A stretch of DNA of 64,000 nt, from contig CAWETI010000002.1 of assembly GCA_963812015.1 (NCBI GenBank), positions 608,001 to 672,000 of the forward strand, in the 5' to 3' direction. The notes beneath the pieces are model-generated. The model searched no databases. It was not told where the DNA came from and saw only the letters and a list, made by a program, of their open reading frames with translations. Below, in pieces: positions 21,470 to 29,157 of the stretch. Both the position numbers and the translations under genes were made by a program. Every line of letters begins with the position of its first letter. The first letter of the stretch is position 1. This stretch comes from an uncultured delta proteobacterium (lineage in GTDB: Bacteria > Desulfobacterota > Desulfobaccia > Desulfobaccales > 0-14-0-80-60-11).

Positions 21470-21630
21470 AAATTCCAGATAGCTCTTGACAACGGGGATA
21501 TAGGAAGAGTCTTCCTTGAGTCAGCGGTCCCGGGCTGCCGCGGCGATTTGCCGGCGAGCTGCGTCACGTGATGGATCAAGCCAGTAACTTAGTTTTTCTC
21601 GAAGTTCCCTTGCGAAGCGCCGGAAAAACG
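21470..21630 (-). pseudogene. Remnant of the C-terminus of a CgeB-like glycosyltransferase
   Basis: Hand translation ...ELREKLSYWLDPSRDAARRQIAAAARDR*LKEDSSY resembles the ends of 4887-5915 and 6657-7862. Confidence 0.45.
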
Positions 21631-21919
21631 TCCACAACATTCCCCTTAGGTATTACCCAGATTTCGATGATCTTGCTGCTTATTTACAATTATTAATCAT
21701 AATTATACTTTATTTGTAAAATATTTTCGTCCAAAACTGATTTGGAGAGTCGATTATCTTTAATGGAATGCACATGTGACAAAGGGCCATAATATGCAAC
21801 TCGATATATCCGGAGAAAAACACAGGAAGAGTGCATTTGAAGCCTCTTTAAATATTTTGCCTAAAGTTATGCAGCCGATCTTTTACCCAACCTATGTGTC
21901 CGGTAAGTTGAGAAAATAC

Positions 21920-24199
21920 CTATTTCGTCTCATCCGGATAATATGTGGAATGAGTTTTATTATTGTAGTAATAATATCCTGCGTAGCCATCAGCGGTGTT
22001 GATGCCATTTAATACTGCACCCATTATTGGGGCATTAATCTGACTGAGAAGATGGTGGGACTGGATCACGGCTCTCTTAGCGGTGCAATTATTCTTAGTT
22101 ACCAGTATAACTCCATCGACCAGGACAGATATTATTCGGGCATCGGCAAATGCCAGAATAGGGGGCGTATCGATAATAATGTGGTTAAATTGCTTTCGGA
22201 GTTGCTTGATAAAATCCTTGAAGACCTCGGAATTCAATAGATTAACGGGGTTGGGGGGGTGGGTTCCAGCGCTTATGATCGTCAGATTGGGAATAGAGGT
22301 TAAGCGCAGGACCTCTTCAAGAGTGGCGTTGCCGGTTAGATAATTGGTTAGGCCCGGCTTTAAATCAAGTTGGAAAATTTGGTGCACCCTGGGTTTCCTC
22401 GTGTCACAATCGATCAGGACCACCTGATGTCCAGTCATCGCAAAGGACAGGGCCAGATTAGAGGCGACCATGGTCTTCCCTTCTGCAGGATTGGGGCTGG
22501 AAATCATGATGGCAGATGGGGGCCTTCCTGACATAGAGAACATGATAGAAGTATGCGTGTGGCGAAGGGCTTCGGCGATCCGATGCCTGGGATGTTTATA
22601 GACAACTAAGTCTAAATCTACCACATCCATGGGGCTCTGGTTACCGCGCTGCAAGCGGGGAAAATAACGAAATATTGCCGAAGAATCGGGCTTTCCCTGA
22701 TAGCTGACCATTATTCTGTGGCTGCCGTCTATCTTGGGCAAATTCCCCAGTGAAAATAAATTACAGGCTCGTTCCAAGTCATCGGGGGATTTGATGGAGT
22801 CATCTAAATGTTCTCTCAGCAGGGCCAAGCCAACGCCTAACATCAAACCAAGAAACGCACCCATCATGAGGTCGCGCCTCGTCTTGGGCGAAATCGGTAC
22901 ATCCGGAAGTGGCGCCGAATCGATGACCGAAATGTTGGAAGGCACCATGCTGCTGGCTATGTTGGTCTCTTTGACTCTGGACAACAGCGCCAGGTAGAAT
23001 TGCTCATTAGTCTGCGAATTCCGTTTCAGCATCTGATATTCAGTAAGATTATTCTGCAACTTGGACATCTGTTCTTTTTGGGCCGAGAAACTGTCACTCA
23101 AGAGGTTTTTGGTCCGCTTGGCCGCTTCATAATCAGCCTTTACACTCTCCGTCAGGCGCTGAATCTCAGATTGCAAGCGGCTCTGCAATTCGGCCAGGTG
23201 AGCCTTTGCTGCCTGCATTTCCGGATGGCCGCTAAGAAAAACTTTCTGCATAGATGAAACTTTGGCCTGTTGGGCCACCAACTGCAGACGCAGCGAGGAA
23301 ACTAAAGCATTATTGACAATCAGCGGGGCATTGGGGCCCTTATCCTTAATCTCCTGATATTGCGCCTCCTTCGCCATTTCCTCGGCTTGAGCTTTGGTGA
23401 GCAGAGCGTTCAGATCGATGAATTTATGGACAATTACATTGTCTTTGTCCTCTGAAGTATAAATATCGGTTTGTTGGCCAAATTTATAGAGCTCCTTCTG
23501 ACCCGCGTACACTTTGGCCGCCATTTCCTGGAGTTGTTTATCCAGCCACTTTCTCACCAGGGCAAAAGACTCACCGCGCCGGTCGATGGACAGGTACATA
23601 TATTCATTGGCGATGGCATTGACCACCCTTTGCGTTAGAAACTTGTCCGGAGATTGAAATGAGACTTCCAATAGATAAGAATTGCGTATTGGGGTGACTT
23701 TTAATTTGCTTAGAAAGGAGTTCACCATGCCCTCTTCAATGTCCGTTTCGCTTATGTCATGGTTTTTCACCCTAGCGGGTTTGAAATCCGGATGCTCCTG
23801 CAGCTTCAAAGCCTGGATGACGCGAAGGGCCAGGGAGCGGCTCTGCAGGATCTTGTACTGAGTCATCTGGAACTTCTCTAAGGAATCGTAATCCAGATAT
23901 CTGGACACTGGATCCACGCTCACCTGGGAGCCGGGGTTATCTTGGGTGATCTGCAACATCGCGGAGGTACTGAATATTGGCGTCCGCGTGTAAGTATAAA
24001 ACCCAGTAAAGAAGACTATACTGAGAAAGGTGATAATAATCAACCACTTGTGCTTCAACAGAACGTAGACATAGTCCCGGGCTGTTAATCTACCATAGGT
24101 ATTAAAATTATCATAGCCTAGCGATAAAGGCGTAGATAGAGATGATTGCGGAATAGGGGATTGTCCTACTGCTACAAGAGGCTGATCATGATTTGACAT
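21920..24199 (-). CDS. wzc: Polysaccharide co-polymerase / tyrosine autokinase (Wzc/GumC)
   Basis: Two TM segments flanking a coiled-coil; Walker A SSPNPAEGKT, LIDCDTRKP, IIIDTPP; C-terminal Tyr cluster YAGYYYY...YY. Confidence 0.95.
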   Translation of the reverse strand: MSNHDQPLVAVGQSPIPQSSLSTPLSLGYDNFNTYGRLTARDYVYVLLKHKWLIIITFLSIVFFTGFYTYTRTPIFSTSAMLQITQDNPGSQVSVDPVSRYLDYDSLEKFQMTQYKILQSRSLALRVIQALKLQEHPDFKPARVKNHDISETDIEEGMVNSFLSKLKVTPIRNSYLLEVSFQSPDKFLTQRVVNAIANEYMYLSIDRRGESFALVRKWLDKQLQEMAAKVYAGQKELYKFGQQTDIYTSEDKDNVIVHKFIDLNALLTKAQAEEMAKEAQYQEIKDKGPNAPLIVNNALVSSLRLQLVAQQAKVSSMQKVFLSGHPEMQAAKAHLAELQSRLQSEIQRLTESVKADYEAAKRTKNLLSDSFSAQKEQMSKLQNNLTEYQMLKRNSQTNEQFYLALLSRVKETNIASSMVPSNISVIDSAPLPDVPISPKTRRDLMMGAFLGLMLGVGLALLREHLDDSIKSPDDLERACNLFSLGNLPKIDGSHRIMVSYQGKPDSSAIFRYFPRLQRGNQSPMDVVDLDLVVYKHPRHRIAEALRHTHTSIMFSMSGRPPSAIMISSPNPAEGKTMVASNLALSFAMTGHQVVLIDCDTRKPRVHQIFQLDLKPGLTNYLTGNATLEEVLRLTSIPNLTIISAGTHPPNPVNLLNSEVFKDFIKQLRKQFNHIIIDTPPILAFADARIISVLVDGVILVTKNNCTAKRAVIQSHHLLSQINAPIMGAVLNGINTADGYAGYYYYNNKTHSTYYPDETK

Positions 24200-24284
24200 C
24201 AGTTATACCGCCTAGTTACTTTATTATTGTGTAAAAAAAATGCTATAGTGTATCCGCCCCTGGGAATGGGGATATCAAGATCCT

Positions 24285-24409
24285 GATTTTTACCTCGCCC
24301 ACCAGCGGCATGCCGATCTCTCCCTGCCCGTTGATCCAAAGCGTCGGTCCAGGGTTTTCTGGCCGAGGATCTCGGCTACAAGTTGGTCTCACGGCCCCAC
24401 CTGAAAGTC
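24285..24409 (-). pseudogene. Degenerate fragment of a second wza-like gene
   Basis: DFQVGP*DQLVAEILGQKTLDRR-(fs)-INGQGEIGMPLVGEVKI aligns with DYTVGPEDLLEIGVYGQKELQRFVRVNGSGDITMPLIGLVQV of the adjacent Wza. Confidence 0.65.
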
Positions 24410-24473
24410 TTTATCGTCATCTAGGCTCAGATACGGGTGGCTTGAAAGGGTTTGCTATATCCTGACAGATTGT

Positions 24474-25523
24474 TCAAATTGCGCTTCCCGCGGAATAGCT
24501 GATTCCGCCGCCCACCAACTGTTTCACATCCAACAAGAGCCTTCTTAAGATGCTTTCTGGAACATAGACCACGTCATTCTCTTTGAGGGGGATATCCAGC
24601 TCTTTCTTTGCTAAGATGGCATACAGGTCAAAAGGAATGGTCGTCGGGTTACCTTGCTCATCGATTCGTAGGATGGACGATATCTGGGGCTTGGCCAGCC
24701 CTGCTACAGGGCTACCCGCCACGGCGACGGCCTGGGAGACCGTCAATTTACCTTTGACTGGAACGGTACCCGGCTTATTCACCGAGCCCAGCACATATGC
24801 CAGGCCGCCGATCGGCACATTGATAACATCTCCAGCCTGGATGGGCACATTAAGCCTCCCGTCCTGGGAAAGACGCCGCAGATCAAGGACGATGGTCTCG
24901 GAGTTAAGGGCAAAGGATTGAGGAACGTCAGTTCCAGGCTTTAATTTTCCGCCCTCCCGCCCGGTACGCTGGGAGCGGATGATATGCACATAATCGCCGG
25001 CTTTTTCATCCAAGCCTCCGGCCAAGGCCAGCATCTCCAGGAGCGTGCGCGGCCCGATCATCTCATAGCTGCCCGGTTTTTTTACGGCACCGGTCACTGC
25101 CACTTGCTGGTGGCGATATTCTTTGACGAAGACGCTGACCTGGGGGTTCCTTAAATAATTAGTACCGTATAATTCCTGGAGGTGGCTTTCCACCTGCTGG
25201 GGTGTCAGCCCGGCTACCTGGACGAGCCCAATAAGGGGCATGGTAATATCCCCCGAGCCATTCACTCGGACGAAGCGCTGGAGCTCCTTCTGCCCATAAA
25301 CGCCGATTTCCAGGAGATCCTCAGGGCCCACCGTGTAGTCACGCGGAGTTCTCAGGTTGGCGGCAGCCCCCTGAGCTAAAATTTGCTGGTTGAGATCATC
25401 TTTTTTGTCTTTGGTCTGAAGTTGCGCTGATGCTTTTTGCGGGGTGATGGTTCCGGAAGAACTACAGCCGGCCAACCAGAAAAGGGCCACTAAAGGCATG
25501 AGCAGATATCGACAACGATCCAT
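24474..25523 (-). CDS. wza: Polysaccharide export lipoprotein (Wza/OPX, SLBB repeats)
   Basis: Lipobox LAGC; DYTVGPEDLL, GDITMPLIG, VTGAVKKPG, LGSVNKPG, NDVVYVP. Confidence 0.93.
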   Translation of the reverse strand: MDRCRYLLMPLVALFWLAGCSSSGTITPQKASAQLQTKDKKDDLNQQILAQGAAANLRTPRDYTVGPEDLLEIGVYGQKELQRFVRVNGSGDITMPLIGLVQVAGLTPQQVESHLQELYGTNYLRNPQVSVFVKEYRHQQVAVTGAVKKPGSYEMIGPRTLLEMLALAGGLDEKAGDYVHIIRSQRTGREGGKLKPGTDVPQSFALNSETIVLDLRRLSQDGRLNVPIQAGDVINVPIGGLAYVLGSVNKPGTVPVKGKLTVSQAVAVAGSPVAGLAKPQISSILRIDEQGNPTTIPFDLYAILAKKELDIPLKENDVVYVPESILRRLLLDVKQLVGGGISYSAGSAI

Positions 25524-25679
25524 GATAAATTCCCTATAATTTAAGTTTTTTTAACAGAGATTATGCGGCCGCCGTGGTTGCTTCTGTCTAAAAGAGCTAT
25601 CTGGATTATCTTATTCTGAAGCTTAAATCCGGAAACACTGGCGGCTGGCTACCGCCATAAAGGCCCTGAAAACGCTTAG

Positions 25680-26190
25680 TGGTATGGTTCCAAAGCCTCC
25701 TCGGTCAAATCCACCGCCACCGCCCCGCAAGTCCACTGCCACCACGAGGCGACGCTGGCCGTCTTTTTTCCGCAGGATGAAGCCTGTGGCCCCGGCCAGG
25801 GGGCCCCCGAGGATGGTCACCCGCCTCCCCTTCACCAACTGGGACCACAAGGATCAAGCGTCAGGTTGCTGGTCACCATCCTTTGGAGTGAGTATACCGT
25901 CTCCGCCGGTACCGGGGTGCACTGTCGCTTAAGTCCCAAAATGCGATCACGCCAGTATTTTTAAGAATATCGTAATAGACCGGGGTGCTGAGGTCGGCAT
26001 GGACGAAGAGATAGCCCGGGAAGAGGGGGACTTCCAGGAGGCGGACCCGGTCCTGGCGGTGACTGCGCGCGGTGATGCGGGGGAGAAAGACCTCCAGACC
26101 CTGATTTTGCAGGTGCCTCTCCACCTTAGTTTCCTGGCGGCTGTAAGTGTGGATCACAATACCAGGCAAGGTCTCCGTGGGTAACTGCAC
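25680..26190 (-). pseudogene. Frameshifted UpxY/RfaH-type NusG-family antiterminator
   Basis: AWY-(fs)-VIHTYSRQETKV...FLP...PLFPGYLFV (NGN domain). The KOW motif GRRVTILGGPLAGATG is in a different frame (ORF 25623-25850). Confidence 0.8.
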
Positions 26191-26548
26191 TGCTCTCAAT
26201 AGGCACCTTGGACACTCGCTTCGATTTGTATTCAGCCATTTTCCAAACAAATTGCCGTCCCGTAAATTACATAAGTAGTTTACCAATTACCTCAATAATT
26301 TAATATGTTATGGCTCAAACCATAACGTTCGGCCCCGATGACCTCCCCGAAACCCCTATCGGAAAAGTCGCCCTCCCCGGTTTTGCCCCCCCAACCCTGG
26401 AGCGACTATGGCTTCACCGGCTAACCCCCTGCTCTACCGGGAGGTGATGCGCCGCTCTTTCAATAATCACCACTGATGCCCCCGGCAGGACAATGAGCCT
26501 CAGAAATCTTGGCCCAGCAGCTCAGAATGACAAGAAAGAATTGAGGAC

Positions 26549-27736
26549 TTAAGTATTCCGCAAATATTTATTGTCCGGCGGCCGCCCATAATTGAGAGAC
26601 AAATCCCCTACCCGGGCCATGGCCTCATTCTCGCCGGCAAAGCGGGCTGGGAACTCCACCGACAGCCGCCGGGAAATCTCCCCCAGGGAGCTTTGGCCGT
26701 CCATCAACTCCAGGATGAACCGGTCGATGCGGCCATCCTCTGTCAGAACCGGCACATGGGTAGAGGCCCGTTGCTTCAGGCTAGCTGGAGATACGGGGGC
26801 GCCTAAAAAAGTGGATTGCCGGAACTCGGCCTTTAGCCGCCCCGGCTGGCTCTCGTCCAGGATGCGGGTATCCCAGCGCCAGAGATAATCATCTCCCACC
26901 AGGTTGGCGGCCAGGTCTACCGATACCACATCCCCCGCTTCCAAGTTCATGGGTTCCGGCCAGGGGAAAAAATATTTGGCATAAACCCCGGGGCTTTCGC
27001 CGGGGCGGTTGGAAAAGGATACGCCCGGAGCCAGAAGGGCGTCGAACCAGAGAACGATGCCGTGGGCCGTGCCGGCCCGGTCCGTGGTCCACGCTAATTC
27101 GCACCGGGCATCGGGCTCCGCCACCGTATAAAAATTTAAGGTCCACCAGCATTGGGCCGGGGCCAACATATCCTCCGGCGTTACCCGGGCCGAGTAACTT
27201 TGATTAATGGCCAGTGGCCACGCCGCCCGCAGATCCAGCCCGTAAACATCTTCCTTCCAGGCGGAGGTATGTTTCTCATACACCTCCGGCAATGCCACCA
27301 CCGCGGCCCAGAGGGTATCCTCTTGGGGAATCAAACGCCCTCCGGGAGCCAGAAAACGCTGCCGGGCATCCACAATAGTCGGGATTATTTGTTGAAAAAA
27401 AGGCAGCGACCCGTGCAGGTCGGAAACGATGACGTCCACCGGTTCCGGCAGGGTAATCCGGGTGGAAACGTCCTGGATGAAATGAATCCGCTCCGCGTAG
27501 CCGTTGGCGGCCGCCAGGTCCCGGGCCAGATCGAGGAGATCGCTGGGGTCGATGGCATAAACCCGGGCCGCGCCGCACTGGCAGGCCAACAGGGCGAACA
27601 TTCCGATGCCGGTGCCGATGTCCAGCACCACCGCCCCGGGGCTGACGGCTGAGCGCAGCGCCTCCCGGTAACCGGCCGTCCGCTTGGCATCGAGGATCAT
27701 CTGGCCGTAGCCATCGAGGGAATAAGTATGGGTCAT
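26549..27736 (-). CDS. PRMT-like (protein-arginine methyltransferase fold) SAM methyltransferase with a C-terminal RRE/PqqD-like segment
   Basis: MILDAKRTAGY, VVLDIGTGIG, GAARVYAID, VDVIVSD, RFLAPGGRLIP, HGIVLWFD; tail FILELMDGQSSLGEISRRLSVEF. ATGA overlap with the kinase gene. Confidence 0.8.
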   Translation of the reverse strand: MTHTYSLDGYGQMILDAKRTAGYREALRSAVSPGAVVLDIGTGIGMFALLACQCGAARVYAIDPSDLLDLARDLAAANGYAERIHFIQDVSTRITLPEPVDVIVSDLHGSLPFFQQIIPTIVDARQRFLAPGGRLIPQEDTLWAAVVALPEVYEKHTSAWKEDVYGLDLRAAWPLAINQSYSARVTPEDMLAPAQCWWTLNFYTVAEPDARCELAWTTDRAGTAHGIVLWFDALLAPGVSFSNRPGESPGVYAKYFFPWPEPMNLEAGDVVSVDLAANLVGDDYLWRWDTRILDESQPGRLKAEFRQSTFLGAPVSPASLKQRASTHVPVLTEDGRIDRFILELMDGQSSLGEISRRLSVEFPARFAGENEAMARVGDLSLNYGRPPDNKYLRNT

Positions 27737-28773
27737 ATTGACAGGCTTGATTTTTCCGCCCGATAGTCGCCGCCGGCTTGGAGATGGGAAAAATCCTCCA
27801 GGATGCTCTCGCAGAGTTGGTTCAGGTAGGCGGGTCCGGCCCGGGGAATCAGGCGGCGCACCGGCACCCGCTCCAGCAGGCGGCCCAGGACCTCGAACTC
27901 ACGGGCCCGCAGCTCCTTATCCAAAAACTTCGACCCATAGGTGTTGGCTATCAGCAGCAGCAGCCTTTCCTTCCCCGGGACCTCTTCCACCCGGGGACCG
28001 GCATCCTCCTGCCGCGCCCCCAGGATATAAATGGCCCCTAAGGGGAGAGGCCTAGACTGAAAGCAGTAGCCGGGGGCGGTAAGGTTGAGCCACCGCTTGT
28101 CCCATTCGGGATCCAAGGTATTATCCGAGATGACCGGAGGCAGGGCGGTGGGGGAGCCATAGAGATACACCACCGATTGGGGCCAGAGACAGACATTGGG
28201 GTCCCCCGGGAGCACCCAAAAGGTATCATCCTCCTCCTTAAGAACCGTGAGGTCATCGGTGAGCACCGGGTAGCCCAGGCGGGCAAAGGCCGCGGCGGTG
28301 GTGGATTTGCCGGCGCCCGGAAACCCCAGCACCGTTAGGGCGTGTCCTCCCGCGGCCACGGCGCTGCCGTGCAGACAGGGCGTCCCCCGCCAACGCAGGA
28401 GAATCCCCAGGACCGGGCCCAACAGGTAGGTGGAGAGATATTCCTGGGTCGCGCCTTCGGGCCCCGAGACCCAAAGACGCGACCCCGCAGAGTCCATGAC
28501 GAACTGGCAGCCGTCGCTGTATCTCAGCCGGAAGTATCGGCCTCCGGCCACCTGCCAGGCTCTATAGACGGGTTCGCCGCCCTGGTCATCCTCGAAGCCG
28601 GTTTGCCACAATTCCTGGGGCATCTCCAGGAACCGGCGCCACCATTCCGCCGTGCCCTCATGGCATATTTCCACATCTACCGCCGCTGGCTCCGCCTGGG
28701 CCACTAGACCGGGAATAGGCCGGTCGGACCTTAGCCGCAAGCCGAAGATGTTATAAAACAAAGACGCAACCAT
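27733..28773 (-). CDS. HPr-kinase-like P-loop kinase of the type found in lasso clusters
   Basis: LHGSAV, Walker A GFPGAGKSTT, VLTDD, PLPLGAIYIL; first gene downstream of the precursor. Confidence 0.85.
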   Translation of the reverse strand: MVASLFYNIFGLRLRSDRPIPGLVAQAEPAAVDVEICHEGTAEWWRRFLEMPQELWQTGFEDDQGGEPVYRAWQVAGGRYFRLRYSDGCQFVMDSAGSRLWVSGPEGATQEYLSTYLLGPVLGILLRWRGTPCLHGSAVAAGGHALTVLGFPGAGKSTTAAAFARLGYPVLTDDLTVLKEEDDTFWVLPGDPNVCLWPQSVVYLYGSPTALPPVISDNTLDPEWDKRWLNLTAPGYCFQSRPLPLGAIYILGARQEDAGPRVEEVPGKERLLLLIANTYGSKFLDKELRAREFEVLGRLLERVPVRRLIPRAGPAYLNQLCESILEDFSHLQAGGDYRAEKSSLSI

Positions 28774-28802
28774 GAAAAGCGATGATTCGGCCCTTTGTAA
28801 TG

Positions 28803-28949
28803 CTAAGCTGCAGTTTTATTACGACCAGTCCAACCGCCAGTGTCAGTATTACCATTTCTACCTGTAGCCATGGTAATCTGCTTGACATTGCCGTAATCCA
28901 TCACCTGGGGGGGGTGATAAGCCAGCCGTTCTTTTTTCGTGGATTTCAT
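28803..28949 (-). CDS. Lasso peptide precursor (48 aa): MKSTKKERLAYHPPQVMDYGNVKQITM|ATGRNGNTDTGGWTGRNKTAA
   Basis: AGGAGG RBS 6 nt before the ATG; leader motif YxxPxV..G....T(-2); core starts at Ala with Asp at position 9; lies among B1/B2/C genes. Confidence 0.93.
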   Translation of the reverse strand: MKSTKKERLAYHPPQVMDYGNVKQITMATGRNGNTDTGGWTGRNKTAA

Positions 28950-29157
28950 GATGGTCCTCCTGTCGTGACATGATTTTGGGGTTTAGTCCTGTGAGTTGAT
29001 ATGTTAACATTCCGCATCTGCCGTAAAATTTATGATGATTTCACGGGCCAGATGAAAAAAACCTCTTCCCGAGTTTAACCCCCCAAAGCCTCTCCTTTTT
29101 ATTACCTAATTGCCTTGAAAAAAGCAAGTCTTAATGGTGGTGGCTGTTATCCTAAGT

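Noticed and set aside
28782..28973. Plus-strand 63-aa ORF in the track
   Set aside because: Antisense shadow of the lasso precursor, which has the RBS and the leader motif.
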